Of a stretch of 64,000 bases of DNA, positions 1 through 10,620 are shown in pieces. The stretch comes from Acidilobaceae archaeon (GTDB lineage Archaea > Thermoproteota > Thermoprotei_A > Sulfolobales > Acidilobaceae). The DNA lies in the NCBI GenBank assembly GCA_038897215.1, contig JAWAWX010000001.1:224001-288000 (forward strand), in the 5' to 3' direction. Each line of letters begins with the position of its first letter. Position 1 is the stretch's first letter. The translations under genes were made by a program, and so were the position numbers. The notes beneath the pieces were generated by a model, which saw only the letters and a program-made list of their open reading frames with translations, had not been told where the DNA came from and made no database searches.

Positions 1-1
1 G

Positions 2-2149
2 GTGGCTAGGATCAGCTATAGTAACATGGAGAAGCTGGGAGTAGACCCGGGAGACGTTATAGTGATAGAGAGTAACGGTAGAGAAGCCGTGGCTAGAGTC
101 TTGCCTCTCAGGAGTAGCGAGGCTGACAGGCATGACATAATCAGGATCGACGGCTACGTTAGAGAGTTCCTGCAAGCACCCACGGGGTCTCTCGTGAGAG
201 TACGCAAGGCAGAGAAGGTCGAGCAAGCCACGAGAGTCGTTCTGGCTCCAGCGGATAGAGATGTAGAGGCCTACGTTCGCTCAGTTGGAGAGAGCTTCCA
301 GCAGTATGTTAGAGACGTGCTGAAAGACAAGCCTTTGAGTAGAGGCGAGATAGTCGCTATCCCTATGCTCTCCTACGCTCTCCCCTTCGTCGTCATCTCA
401 ACACACCCCACTCAGATGGTTGTAGTCACATCAGACACAGAAGTCGTGGTCAGAGAAGAGCCCGTGCCTAGGAGAGAGCTCGAGAGACTCAAGGGAATCC
501 CTAAGGTCACGTGGGAGGACGTGGGCGACCTGGAGGAGGCTAAGGAGAGGCTGAGAGAGATGGTAGAGCTACCGATGAAGCACCCAGAAGTCTTCAAGCA
601 CTTGGGCATAGAGCCCCCGAAGGGAGTCCTCCTCTACGGCCCGCCGGGCACTGGAAAGACTCTCTTAGCTAAGGCTCTCGCTAACGAGGTTGGAGCCTAC
701 TTTATATCCATAAACGGCCCCGAGATCATGAGCAAGTTCTATGGTGAGAGCGAGCAGAGGCTTAGAGAGATATTCGAGGAGGCTAGGAAGAACGCTCCAG
801 CTATAATATTCATAGACGAGATAGACGCTATAGCCCCCAAGAGAGAGGAGGTAGTGGGGGAGGTTGAGAAGAGAGTAGTGGCTCAGCTCCTAGCCCTCAT
901 GGATGGACTCACTGAGAGAGGCCAAGTCATAGTGATAGCTGCCACGAATAGACCGGATGCTTTAGACCCAGCTCTCAGGAGGCCGGGCAGGTTCGACAGA
1001 GAGATCGAGATCAGGCCTCCGAACAAGCAGGGGAGGCTGGAGATACTGCAGATACACACGAGACACATGCCGCTAGCCGAGGACGTGGACCTAGAGAAGA
1101 TAGCCGATATGACCTACGGCTATACTGGAGCAGACCTAGCGGCTCTAGCTAGAGAGGCGGCTATGAACGCTCTCAGGAGATTCGTCAAGAGCGGCTCCAT
1201 AGACTTATCCAAGGGAGGCCCCATACCCGTAGACGTACTGAGGAACCTCAAGGTAACCATGGCTGACTTCGTTGACGCCATGAGGTTCGTCAGACCTTCT
1301 CTGATGAGAGAAGTCTATGTAGAAATCCCGACAACCAGGTGGGATGACATAGGTGGCTACGAGGAGGTCAAGCAGGAGCTCAGAGAGGCTGTAGAGTGGC
1401 CTCTCAAGTACCCCCAGGTCTTCGAGAAGATGGGCATCAGGCCTCCTAAAGGCATACTTCTCTACGGCCCGCCCGGAACTGGGAAGACTCTCCTGGCTAG
1501 AGCGGTAGCCACGGAGAGCGGGGCTAACTTCATATCCATCAAGGGCCCGGAGGTCTTGAGCAAGTGGGTTGGGGAGAGCGAGAGAGCGGTGAGAGAGATA
1601 TTCAAGAGAGCCAGGCAGGTCGCCCCCGCTGTCGTCTTCTTCGACGAGATAGACGCGATAGCTCCCGCTAGAGGCTACAGGTTCGACTCCTCGGGTGTCA
1701 CGGACAGAGTCGTGAACCAGCTACTCACGGAGATGGACGGGATCCAGCCTCTCCAGAACATAGTCGTGATAGCGGCCACCAATAGAGCGGAGCTCCTCGA
1801 TCCCGCTCTCCTGAGACCCGGGAGGTTCGATAGGATAATCTTCGTGCCCCCGCCAGACAGAGCGGCTAGGAGGGAGATACTGAGAGTTCACGTGAGGAGA
1901 GTCCCGCTAGCTAAAGACGTCGACCTAGACAAGCTGGCGGAGCTGACAGAGGGCTACACAGGGGCAGACATAGAGGCTCTCGTCAGAGAAGCTGCTATGA
2001 TAAAGCTCAGAGAGAGCCTAGAGCCCGGCCCCGTGGAGATGAGGCACTTCCTCAAAGCCATGGAGAAGGTGAGACCGAGCCTAACAAGGGAGATCGTGGA
2101 GAGATACAGGCACATATACCTGGAGCTCAAGAGGCTGACGGGAGGCTGA
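2..2149 (+). CDS. cdc48: CDC48/VCP family AAA+ ATPase (probably 5'-truncated by the window edge)
   Basis: Two AAA modules (GPPGTGKT twice; FIDEID and FFDEID Walker B; RPGRFDR arginine fingers) after an N-domain. Confidence 0.95.
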   Translation: MARISYSNMEKLGVDPGDVIVIESNGREAVARVLPLRSSEADRHDIIRIDGYVREFLQAPTGSLVRVRKAEKVEQATRVVLAPADRDVEAYVRSVGESFQQYVRDVLKDKPLSRGEIVAIPMLSYALPFVVISTHPTQMVVVTSDTEVVVREEPVPRRELERLKGIPKVTWEDVGDLEEAKERLREMVELPMKHPEVFKHLGIEPPKGVLLYGPPGTGKTLLAKALANEVGAYFISINGPEIMSKFYGESEQRLREIFEEARKNAPAIIFIDEIDAIAPKREEVVGEVEKRVVAQLLALMDGLTERGQVIVIAATNRPDALDPALRRPGRFDREIEIRPPNKQGRLEILQIHTRHMPLAEDVDLEKIADMTYGYTGADLAALAREAAMNALRRFVKSGSIDLSKGGPIPVDVLRNLKVTMADFVDAMRFVRPSLMREVYVEIPTTRWDDIGGYEEVKQELREAVEWPLKYPQVFEKMGIRPPKGILLYGPPGTGKTLLARAVATESGANFISIKGPEVLSKWVGESERAVREIFKRARQVAPAVVFFDEIDAIAPARGYRFDSSGVTDRVVNQLLTEMDGIQPLQNIVVIAATNRAELLDPALLRPGRFDRIIFVPPPDRAARREILRVHVRRVPLAKDVDLDKLAELTEGYTGADIEALVREAAMIKLRESLEPGPVEMRHFLKAMEKVRPSLTREIVERYRHIYLELKRLTGG

Positions 2150-2158
2150 GGAGAGCTC

Positions 2159-2701
2159 TTGATCGAGGTAGAGGCGAAGTACAGAGTCGGCTGCGAGCGC
2201 TTCGCCTCAATAGCCTCGACTCTCGAGTCTATGGGCTTCGAGAACAGAGGGGACTCACTAGAGGTAGACGAGTACTACCAGCACCCCTGTAGAGACTTCG
2301 CCGCCACAGACGAGGCCCTACGAGTCAGAAGGAGAGGAGATGGCGCTGTAGAGCTGACCTACAAGGGGCCTAGAGAGAGCTCTCTCAACTACAAGGGGCG
2401 CTTAGAGCTAACAGCTAGAGTCGCTGACTCAGAGCAACTCTCCAAAGTCCTCGAGGCTCTAGGCTTCAAGAAAGCCGTAGTCGTAGTCAAGCAGAGAAGA
2501 GTCTACGAGAAGAGCGGGGTCTCAGTAGCTCTAGACGAGGTGCGCGGTCTCGGCTGCTTTGTCGAGATAGAGGGGGGGCTGGAGTCTATAGAGTCTGTGG
2601 CCGAGAAGCTGGGGCTGAAGAGAGAGGACTACGTGGCTGAGACTTATGCGGAGCTCCTGCTAGCCCTTGGTGACACCTATAGGTCTCATTCTAGCCACTA
2701 G
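2159..2701 (+). CDS. cyaB: CYTH-domain protein (class IV adenylate cyclase-like)
   Basis: N-terminal ExExK (EVEAK), DEALRVR, LTYKGP and GCFVEIE motifs. Confidence 0.85.
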   Translation: MIEVEAKYRVGCERFASIASTLESMGFENRGDSLEVDEYYQHPCRDFAATDEALRVRRRGDGAVELTYKGPRESSLNYKGRLELTARVADSEQLSKVLEALGFKKAVVVVKQRRVYEKSGVSVALDEVRGLGCFVEIEGGLESIESVAEKLGLKREDYVAETYAELLLALGDTYRSHSSH

Positions 2702-4108
2702 CTTAGATATCCCGGCTCCGTGAGCTACCTCTACTACCTTGTCTACGTCCTTGTAGGCCTCCGGAGCCTCCTCCACCACTGTCTCCACCGACGTCGCCTT
2801 GAGGTATATCCCTCTGCTCTGGAGCTCACTGAGTATCTCTCTATACGACCTGGTTCTCTTAGCTCCAGCTCTGCTCATCCACCTGCCTGCTCCGTGGGGA
2901 GCAGTGTACCAGACCTTGGCTCCCTCGGGGATCCCGGCGAGTATGTAGCTGGCTGTACCCATGCTACCAGGTATCAGGACGGGCTGTCCGACCTCTCTAT
3001 ACTTAGCCGGTATCTCGGAGTGTCCCGGCGGGAAGGCTCTAGTGGCCCCCTTTCTGTGCACTAGAACCTTTACTCTCCTCCCGTCTACTACGTGCTCCTC
3101 GAGCTTAGCTATGTTGTGCGCCACGTCGTAGATCACGCTTAGGTCTAGCTTGTCGGGGTCTTCGCGGAAGACGGACTTGAAGCTCTCTCTAACCCAGTGG
3201 GATATCATCTGCCTGTTAGCCCAGGCGAAGTTGGCTGCTGCGGCCATGGCCTTGAAGTACTTCTGGCCCTCCTCGCTGTAGAAGGGTACTGCAGCGAGCT
3301 CTCTATCGGGAACGCTTATCCCGTACTTCCTCATAGCCCTCTCCATGATCACCAGGTAGTCGCTAGCTACCTGGTGGCCCAGCCCTCTGCTCCCCGTGTG
3401 AACCATGAGGAGAACCTGCCCCTCGAAGAGCCCGTAGACCTTGGCTATCTTCTCGTCGAAGATCTTGTCTACCACCTGGACCTCGAGGAAGTGGTTGCCG
3501 CTACCTAGTGTTCCTAGTTGCTCAGCACCCCTCCTCTTAGCCGTGTCGCTTACAGCGCTAGCATCAGCGTCCCTCATGCCGCCCTTCTCCTCTAGGAACT
3601 CTAGGTCTTCGGGCCACCCGTAGCCCTTCTCTACGGCCCACCGCGCTCCCTCCTCTAGGACTCTGTTGAGCTCTCCCACGCTCAGCTTGACCTTCCCCGT
3701 GCTCCCGACCCCGCTCGGCACGTTTCTAAAGAGCGTGTCAACGAGCTCTTTTATCCTGGGTTTCACCTCTTTCTCAGTCATGTTAGTCCTCATCACTCTG
3801 ACCCCGCAGTTGATATCGTAGCCTATCCCTCCAGGGCTTATGACGCCCCCGTTCTCTACATCCATGGCGGCGACTCCGCCGATGGGGAAGCCGTATCCCT
3901 GGTGGCCATCAGGCATCACTATACTGTACTTCAGCACTCCTGGGAGACAGGCCACGTTAGCAGCCTGCTCTAGAGTAAGGTCTTCTCTCATCTTGGAGAC
4001 CAGGAAGTCGTCAGCGTAGATCATAGCGGGGAGCTTCATGCAAGGCTTTGCTCCAGCAGGGATCATCCACAGGAATCTGTCTACTCGCTTCAGCTCCACG
4101 AGGCTCAC
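2660..4108 (-). CDS. rtcB: RtcB tRNA-splicing/RNA repair ligase
   Basis: PDGHQGYGFPIGG, DINCG, GSGNHFLE, HRKGAT and HGAGR motifs; no intein. Confidence 0.97.
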   Translation of the reverse strand: MSLVELKRVDRFLWMIPAGAKPCMKLPAMIYADDFLVSKMREDLTLEQAANVACLPGVLKYSIVMPDGHQGYGFPIGGVAAMDVENGGVISPGGIGYDINCGVRVMRTNMTEKEVKPRIKELVDTLFRNVPSGVGSTGKVKLSVGELNRVLEEGARWAVEKGYGWPEDLEFLEEKGGMRDADASAVSDTAKRRGAEQLGTLGSGNHFLEVQVVDKIFDEKIAKVYGLFEGQVLLMVHTGSRGLGHQVASDYLVIMERAMRKYGISVPDRELAAVPFYSEEGQKYFKAMAAAANFAWANRQMISHWVRESFKSVFREDPDKLDLSVIYDVAHNIAKLEEHVVDGRRVKVLVHRKGATRAFPPGHSEIPAKYREVGQPVLIPGSMGTASYILAGIPEGAKVWYTAPHGAGRWMSRAGAKRTRSYREILSELQSRGIYLKATSVETVVEEAPEAYKDVDKVVEVAHGAGISKLVARMRPIGVTKG

Positions 4109-4251
4109 CTAGATAATCCCTGATGAGACCGAGCTTAAATTGGTTCCTCATAACTCTCAGTCTATCAAGAGTACTAGCGGCTCGGTCTCGCGGAGACTAG
4201 ATAGAGCCTAGACGCGCTACTCTACAGTGGGGAGCAGCTGTAGAGGTAGGA

Positions 4252-5406
4252 GTGGCAGACCTCCCTCTCCACGACGGCAGAGTCCCCTCTTGGATGCTCA
4301 GACTCATGGAGAGAATGGCTGGAGCGATAGCTCGAGCCATAGTAGAGACCCGGGGAGCAGACGCTCTCCTCAAAGGCCTCTCCGACCCTCTCTGGTTCCA
4401 AGCTTTCAACAACGTGATAGGCATGGATTGGGATAGTAGCGGGAGCACTACAGTGCTGACTGGTGTGCTCAAGTCCGTGACCTGGAGGTCGAGAGACCTC
4501 GGAGTCCTAGTTCTCGGAGGCAAGGGGGGCAGGATGCGGTCGATAGCCGATGAGGCCCGTGTGGCTGAGAGGCTACTAGGGGTCTCCTCGGAGGACGTGG
4601 TTAGATTCAGCAAGCTAGCTGCTAGAGCGGACTCCGTGTTCCTCCAGGACGGCTACACTCTATACCACCACGCTGTCATCGTGTCGAACTCTGGGCGCAT
4701 GATCGTAGTCCAGCAGGGGATGAGCGCTGAGAAGAGGCTAGCCAGAAGGTACCACGTCGACAAGGCCTCGCTAGAAGAGCCTCACAGTGGAGTAGCTGGA
4801 GCTCTCTCCCCAGTCGTGCTCAACGCTACAGCAACTGAGAGTAGAGAAGCGAGGAGAGCCTACGCCGACATACTAGCGGAAGGCGCTAGGCGGGTAGAGA
4901 GGATGATAGCAGAGGCCAACGCTATCCTCAGAGGGCAGTTGAGCCTCGGAGAGTACATCGGCGAGAGAGATGGGAGCTCTAGGAGAAGCGGGCTCCTCGG
5001 AGCGAAGCCCTACTACTACCCCGTTGAGATCACGCCAGGGCTTAGGAGAGCTCTCGAGGACCTCGAGAGATTCAGCGTCTCAAGCGAGACCGAGCTAGCT
5101 CTAGCCCCCTCGCTAGGGCCTAGGGTTCTGAGAGCTCTAGCTCTGGTAGCAGACTTGATCCTAGGGGTTCCTACGAGCACGAGAGACGTAGTCACTCTAA
5201 CTCTAGACCCCTACGCTTACTCCTACGCTGTCGGAGGCAAAGACGGAGTCCCATACCCCTACGATAGGGCGACAGCCGAGAAGGTTGTGGCGACTCTGGA
5301 GGAGGCGATCGAGTTAGCCAAGCTAGGCGATAGGGAGAAGCTCAGAGCACTACTCAAGCTCAAGAGGCTCATAGAGAGAGTTCCTCACAGGCCTCCACAC
5401 CTCTAG
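4252..5406 (+). CDS. DUF763 family protein
   Basis: ADLPLHxGxVP start, GMDWDSSGSTT, QDGYxLYHH and GGKDGVPYP motifs. Confidence 0.85.
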   Translation: MADLPLHDGRVPSWMLRLMERMAGAIARAIVETRGADALLKGLSDPLWFQAFNNVIGMDWDSSGSTTVLTGVLKSVTWRSRDLGVLVLGGKGGRMRSIADEARVAERLLGVSSEDVVRFSKLAARADSVFLQDGYTLYHHAVIVSNSGRMIVVQQGMSAEKRLARRYHVDKASLEEPHSGVAGALSPVVLNATATESREARRAYADILAEGARRVERMIAEANAILRGQLSLGEYIGERDGSSRRSGLLGAKPYYYPVEITPGLRRALEDLERFSVSSETELALAPSLGPRVLRALALVADLILGVPTSTRDVVTLTLDPYAYSYAVGGKDGVPYPYDRATAEKVVATLEEAIELAKLGDREKLRALLKLKRLIERVPHRPPHL

Positions 5407-6554
5407 ACAGCAATACTCCCGAGAAGCGAGAGGACCACTATGCCCGTCACGTCTACCACTGTTGTCAGGAGCGGTAGTAGCACGTTCTCCGGCATGACTC
5501 CGAGCGCGAAGGAGGCCCTGACTAGCAGGTAGGCTATGGGGACTGCTAGGAGGAGCACGGATACTAGGGAGGCGACAAGGACGGCTATCGTGGTGGCGAG
5601 AGGAGCCTTGTATATATCGCCTCCCGCTGTCACATAGCCTATCAAGCCTAGGGGGATCATCGAGAGCCCCCCTACTGCTAGAGCGTCTAGCAGAGACGCT
5701 AAGGCTACGCGCTCCACTCCCCGGTACCCGTTTACGTACACGTGGAGAGCTATCTTCAACCCGGCTATGCTGGCTAGAGCTCCCGAGACTCCTATGAAAG
5801 CGGGAGTGACATGGATCAAGCCTGATGTAGCGAGCCTATCCTCGAAGCCTGCTAGGAAGACGCCGGCCACGGCTTGCCCAGCTATGACTAGAGTGACTAT
5901 TCCAGTCCTCTCCTTGAAGACTCTAGCCTGGACTCCACCTAAGAGCATCACGGCTACAGCTACGGCCACAGAGGAGGTCGCAGAGGCGAGAGCTAGTAGA
6001 GCTATGAAGCTGTGAGAGCTCTTGGCGAGAGCTATATAGGCTAGCGCTAGCGAGGGAATAGCCATCAAGTCTATGGAGACCGTGATCAGAGTAGGCATAA
6101 CGTTACCCGGGTCGAAGCCTCGAGCAAAGAGCCTGGCTGTGGCTATCGCTACACTAGGGAGAGCGATTAGGGTTATAGCGAGAGAGGCTAGAATACTAGT
6201 CGAGACCAGCATGTTTATATCGAGCATCTCAGAGTACGCTACAGCATACCATCCGGCTACGAAGAGAGATATGAGGATACTCGTCGTCACAACCGCTGCA
6301 GCCACGTTGAGAGCCTCTGCTCTCAAGAGCTCTAAAGGAGAGGGCTTCAAGACGCCCAGGTGGAGAGACGTGATCATCCTGGAGGCAGAAGACCCCATTA
6401 TGTCCCCCCTGATATCGCTTATTACTGGAAGAAGAGCCAGAACCTCCTTAGCCCCCCTGATGGCCGGGTAGAAGTACGCGAATACAGCAATGCTAGCTAG
6501 ATACGTGAGCAGAGCGCCCAGCATCCCTAGAGCTATCTCGAACTCAGTCCTCAC
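5403..6554 (-). CDS. MgtE-type divalent cation transporter (membrane domains)
   Basis: Multiple TM helices with repeated MgtE-like motifs (DPGNVMPTLIT..D; PENVLLPLLTTVVD). Confidence 0.7.
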   Translation of the reverse strand: MRTEFEIALGMLGALLTYLASIAVFAYFYPAIRGAKEVLALLPVISDIRGDIMGSSASRMITSLHLGVLKPSPLELLRAEALNVAAAVVTTSILISLFVAGWYAVAYSEMLDINMLVSTSILASLAITLIALPSVAIATARLFARGFDPGNVMPTLITVSIDLMAIPSLALAYIALAKSSHSFIALLALASATSSVAVAVAVMLLGGVQARVFKERTGIVTLVIAGQAVAGVFLAGFEDRLATSGLIHVTPAFIGVSGALASIAGLKIALHVYVNGYRGVERVALASLLDALAVGGLSMIPLGLIGYVTAGGDIYKAPLATTIAVLVASLVSVLLLAVPIAYLLVRASFALGVMPENVLLPLLTTVVDVTGIVVLSLLGSIAV

Positions 6555-6679
6555 TCTCTCCTTGACCGCTGTCTTCAGCTGCTCGAGCGTCTCCCCAAAG
6601 CGAGCGGCACCTAGTGCTCGCTACAAAGCACTAAACTAATATGGCTGGGTTAGAGTAACAGCTCTAGCCCTGCTCTAGT

Positions 6680-6717
6680 GGGAAGTGTTGAGGTACTACT
6701 CTTCTCAGCACTCTCCC
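6680..6717. other. Intergenic stem-loop downstream of argS
   Basis: GGGA-AGTGTTGAG...CTCAGCACT-C-TCCC imperfect inverted repeat. Confidence 0.35.
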
Positions 6718-6727
6718 CGTGCTAGAC

Positions 6728-8680
6728 TCACATTCTCTCAATTGGGGGGATTCCGAGAGCTTCAAGCCCTGCTCTCAGCGCGTCTCTCACAGCCTCGACT
6801 AGGAGAGCCTTGGCTTCTCTGAACTCGTACCTGGGCTCCTTTATCACTGGGTCTCTCTCGTACCACTTGTTGAAGTAGTCTGCTAGCTTTAGGAGGAATG
6901 ATGCTAGGTCTTCTGGTCTCAGCTCGTCAGCAGCCTTGGCTGCCACCAGCGGTAGAGTGAGAGCCAGGATTAGGAGCTCTCTCCTAGCCTCGTCTCTGAA
7001 AGCTGAGGCGTCTACGCTAGCGTAGTCTACGGGGCCGTGCTTAGCTAGAATACTGCAGGCTCTCGCGTGAGAGTACTGCAGGTATGGGCCGCTGTTCGCC
7101 TCGAAGTCTAGAGCTTTCTCTACATCGAAGACTATGGGCTTAGTGGCTCCAGCCTGGATTAGAGCGAACCTTATGGCTCCCACAGCCACTCTCTCGGCTA
7201 TCTTCTCTGCCTCGTTCTCGCTCAGAGCGGGGTTTCTGGAGCGCACTTCTCTCAGAGCTCTGGCTCTAACTTCCTCGATTACAGCGTCTAGAGTCACGTA
7301 CTCCCCCCTCCTCCCGCTCATCCTGGCTCCCGGTAGCCTCACTATCTCGTAGTCGTAGTGGATCATGCTGAAGGCTTCTCTAAGCCTCCCCATAGCGGCC
7401 AGAGCCAGCCTTATCTGGAGCTGAGGTAGCCTTTGCTCAGCTCCGACTACGTTGACTACCAGGTCGGCGTTGCTGGACTCGAACTTGTATATGCTGTAGG
7501 CGATATCACGAGTCCAGTAGAGAGTAGTCCCGTCGCTCCTCGTCAGTATCATAGGGGGGACCTCTAGCCTAGCCGGGGCTCTCAGCTTCTCGAAGACCCC
7601 CGGGTCTTCTCTAGCCAGGTCTCTGAGAACAGCGCTCGCGTCTACCGCTATAGCGTCCTTGTAGACTACCAGGTATCTGCTTGACTTCAGCTCGCTCAAG
7701 ACAGCTGAGAGTAGCCCGCTCCACACGATGTCGCTCTCCCAGTCCCAGTAGTCGAAGCCGACTTCTAGCCTCGCTAGAGTGTCTTTGAAGCCCTCTATGA
7801 CAGCACCAGCTATCCTTCTCACTAGGCTCTTCTCGGGCTCTAGGCCTCTCTCGTAGCGCCACACTATCTCCAGTATCTCTCTCTCGGGGTCGTCTAGGGA
7901 CATCACGTAGTCTATCACTCTGTCTGCTATGCTCTCGTCTCCTCTCGACCTCAGCGATGCGAGAGCAGAGCCTAGCTTAGCCGCCTCCTCCTCGTCCCCT
8001 CTTCTCGACGCCTCCTTGAGATCTATCGCTGTGTGTGTCACAGCGTAAAGCCATCCAGCAGCGTGGTCTACCTTCATCTTGAGCTTCTCGCTGAGCTCCT
8101 GAGGGCTGAGCCCGGCTATCTTGAAGCCTAGCGCTAGGACTGCTACCTGCCTCCCCATATCGTTCACGTAGAACCTTCTCGTGACGCTGTGCCCTCTTGC
8201 TGTCAGCATTCGCGCGAGAGAGTCTCCAAGGCAGGCGTTTCTAGCGTGCCCCATGTGTAGCGGGTGCACGGGGTTAGCGCTAGTGTGCTCCACCACTACT
8301 CTCCTAGGCTTATCGGTCTTCGCAACGGCCACTCTCCAGCCTCTCGAGTATAGGCGAGCCAGCTCCTCTCCCACTCTGACCTCGTCGAAGACAATGTTGA
8401 GAAACCCTCCCTCGAGCTTCAGCCTGACTTGCGGAGCTCTAGTAGCCACGCACTCGGACAGTTGCTCTAGAGAGGGGCTCTTAGCGAACCTCAGCAGAGG
8501 GAAGCCCAGGTCTCCCAGCTCTCTCCTAGGAGGCTCGGATAAGAGCTTGAGGAAAGTGCTCGCCTCCACTCCATAGGCTAGCCTCAAGCACTCAGCTACA
8601 GCGCTAAGCCCCTCTAGCAGAGGCCCTCCACTCGACCCCAGCAACCCCCATCCCAGATTTCGTGCTCTCAGAGCACTCAT
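6728..8680 (-). CDS. argS: Arginine--tRNA ligase
   Basis: EHTSANPVHPLHMGH (HIGH-like), MSGRRG (KMSKS-like), GPYLQYSHAR and C-terminal DALR domain ending ERM. Confidence 0.96.
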   Translation of the reverse strand: MSALRARNLGWGLLGSSGGPLLEGLSAVAECLRLAYGVEASTFLKLLSEPPRRELGDLGFPLLRFAKSPSLEQLSECVATRAPQVRLKLEGGFLNIVFDEVRVGEELARLYSRGWRVAVAKTDKPRRVVVEHTSANPVHPLHMGHARNACLGDSLARMLTARGHSVTRRFYVNDMGRQVAVLALGFKIAGLSPQELSEKLKMKVDHAAGWLYAVTHTAIDLKEASRRGDEEEAAKLGSALASLRSRGDESIADRVIDYVMSLDDPEREILEIVWRYERGLEPEKSLVRRIAGAVIEGFKDTLARLEVGFDYWDWESDIVWSGLLSAVLSELKSSRYLVVYKDAIAVDASAVLRDLAREDPGVFEKLRAPARLEVPPMILTRSDGTTLYWTRDIAYSIYKFESSNADLVVNVVGAEQRLPQLQIRLALAAMGRLREAFSMIHYDYEIVRLPGARMSGRRGEYVTLDAVIEEVRARALREVRSRNPALSENEAEKIAERVAVGAIRFALIQAGATKPIVFDVEKALDFEANSGPYLQYSHARACSILAKHGPVDYASVDASAFRDEARRELLILALTLPLVAAKAADELRPEDLASFLLKLADYFNKWYERDPVIKEPRYEFREAKALLVEAVRDALRAGLEALGIPPIERM

Positions 8681-8759
8681 AGCTTATATACGGCTCGGGA
8701 AGAGGTGCTTCTAGCGCTAGAGATATACCTAGCGACGCTTTACGAGTGGGGGTGCTCGA

Positions 8760-9506
8760 TTGTTGGAGGTTGTAGTGATCTCAGCGGTAGTGCTTGCTCT
8801 CAATCTGCTAGCGCTGGTGGTAGTGGCTCTAAACATGAGACCGTCCCCTTCGGCTAGCGAGGTCGCTTTCGGTTACGTCTCTGGAGTCATGATCTCAGTG
8901 AGCTTCCTCTCTCTCCTAGGGAACGCTATAAACCAGGGCTCGCTGATAGCCGTGCTCGCAGGCCTGAGTGTGGGTGTGGTAACGCTCTGGCTTATCGACC
9001 ACGCGCTCCCCCACGTGCACCCAGGCGGCTTCTCGGAGACTCCTGGAGCTCGAGGAGCTAGAAGGTCGTGGCTGATAGCGTTAGCTATGGGTATACACAA
9101 TATCCCGGAGGGCTTGGCTACTGGTGTGGCTCTAGCGTACAATATCGCTCTAGGAGTGTCCACAGGGCTCGCTATAGGTCTACACGATTTCGTAGAGACA
9201 TCGACTCTAGCAGCGTCTCTAGTCTTGGCCGGCATCAGGAGGAGAATAGTAGCCTATGTAGTGATAGCGGCTTCTATCATAGAGGTGGCTGGAATAGCGC
9301 CAGGCTATCTGCTACCCTCAGCTATCCCCTGGACTCTACCGCTACTCCTCGCAGCGGCAGCTGGGGGCATGATATATGTCGTCGTTGATGAGCTAATCCC
9401 AGACGTTATGAGAGAAGCCTCAGAGTACAGAGGAGTAGCCTTCGTAGGATTCATCGCGGGAGTCTTCACAGTAGTAGTCCTCGAGAAGGCTCTAGCTGGG
9501 CTGTAG
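8760..9506 (+). CDS. ZIP family metal transporter
   Basis: HNIPEG and GLHDFVE motifs, PHVH loop, ELIP motif, about 8 TM helices. Confidence 0.88.
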   Translation: MLEVVVISAVVLALNLLALVVVALNMRPSPSASEVAFGYVSGVMISVSFLSLLGNAINQGSLIAVLAGLSVGVVTLWLIDHALPHVHPGGFSETPGARGARRSWLIALAMGIHNIPEGLATGVALAYNIALGVSTGLAIGLHDFVETSTLAASLVLAGIRRRIVAYVVIAASIIEVAGIAPGYLLPSAIPWTLPLLLAAAAGGMIYVVVDELIPDVMREASEYRGVAFVGFIAGVFTVVVLEKALAGL

Positions 9507-9546
9507 CAAGCAGCCCCCCGGGAGGGTCTAGGCAGTCGAGCCTGCT

Positions 9547-10515
9547 CTAGTCTGGTAGGAGCTCCTCGAGGAGGTCTCCCGGTAGCTGAGCAGTCTCTAC
9601 CGCCTGCCTTAGGCACAGGGGTATTGCTTCTCTGTCTACGAGCTCAGGGCACCTCGGTATGGTTAAGCAGTCTCTGCACCTCATCGCCTCAGCTACAGTG
9701 ATTGGCTCCCGCCTAACCGAGTTCTCTGCTAGGATACACCTAGGGCCAGCCCACTTGAAGAGTCTCGGGTGCACTTTGCTGAGCTCTCTCCACATGAGCC
9801 AAGCTATGTGCCTGAGCTCCCACTGCGTCTTAGTACACATCCTGAGAGGGAGGAGTACCTGGACTAGCTCTCTAGCGTTCACTGTCACCACTATCCTCGT
9901 CCTAACCGAGTTAGGTACAGCGTAGCGAGCATCCTCCATCCTGACTCCTCGAGATAGCAGCTCGTAGTAGACTGCTGTAGCTAGGAGAACACTCCTAGCC
10001 CATGTCTCAGCGTCCTCCCCCGCTAGAGCAGGCGGCTTCACGTACGCCACCTCAGCTGTCTCGACGGCCTCGAGCCCGCCTCTATCGGCTAGCTCTCTGA
10101 GAGCTCTAGCATAGCACCTGTAAGTCTCAGTCTTCGGAGCGTCGGGCCCGCTCCGGCAACTCGCTCCCACGAGCTCAGCCGCTCTTAGAGCAGCGGCTCT
10201 AAGGTAGCCGTCGGTATACCTGTGGCTCTGCTGAGTGTAGCTCGCCAGCCTATGCCTGACCAGCTGGTGGCTCGCTACTCTGCTGAGCCCGTCGACCACG
10301 AAGGTGTACACGGAGTGCTCCCAGGGGCTGAAGTGCTGCCTTCTGAAGGTCTCGAGGATCCACTCTCCCACCTCATCCTCGCTGAGAGCGAACAGCTCGT
10401 CCACAGGCTTTCTAGACAAGCTAGCTCTAGCAGCGCCAGCAACAAGCCTCTCCCCTTGAGCAGTGAACGAGACGAGCTTGACTGAGACTCCCAGCCCGCG
10501 CACTCGCGAGCACAC
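9547..10515 (-). CDS. thyX: FAD-dependent thymidylate synthase
   Basis: HFSPWEH, RHRLASYTQQSHRY ThyX motif, EDARY, QWELR; true start may be slightly downstream. Confidence 0.93.
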   Translation of the reverse strand: MCSRVRGLGVSVKLVSFTAQGERLVAGAARASLSRKPVDELFALSEDEVGEWILETFRRQHFSPWEHSVYTFVVDGLSRVASHQLVRHRLASYTQQSHRYTDGYLRAAALRAAELVGASCRSGPDAPKTETYRCYARALRELADRGGLEAVETAEVAYVKPPALAGEDAETWARSVLLATAVYYELLSRGVRMEDARYAVPNSVRTRIVVTVNARELVQVLLPLRMCTKTQWELRHIAWLMWRELSKVHPRLFKWAGPRCILAENSVRREPITVAEAMRCRDCLTIPRCPELVDREAIPLCLRQAVETAQLPGDLLEELLPD

Positions 10516-10547
10516 CCCCTAGGCGCTTGCGCAGCGGAGCGCAAAGA

Positions 10548-10620
10548 GGGTTCCAGCCCTCGGGGCTCGCGTCAGGTGTCTCTCGTCAGCGGTCGGCAAT
10601 ACCGGCCTCGCTCATCGCCC
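10548..10620 (-). ncRNA. Candidate structured RNA or 5' leader of thyX
   Basis: GGG...CCC termini, two hairpins, GATGA and two CTGA box-like motifs, upstream TTAA TATA-like element; strand inferred from that element. Confidence 0.5.

Noticed and set aside
4120-4200. Hammerhead ribozyme (CTGATGA followed by a stem)
   Set aside because: No GAAA core after the stem and no stems I or III.
10548-10620. Fluoride riboswitch (starts GGCGATGA) or hammerhead (CTGACGA)
   Set aside because: Lacks the CGCC pairing and pseudoknot of the crcB motif and the hammerhead GAAA; kept only as an unknown structured RNA.
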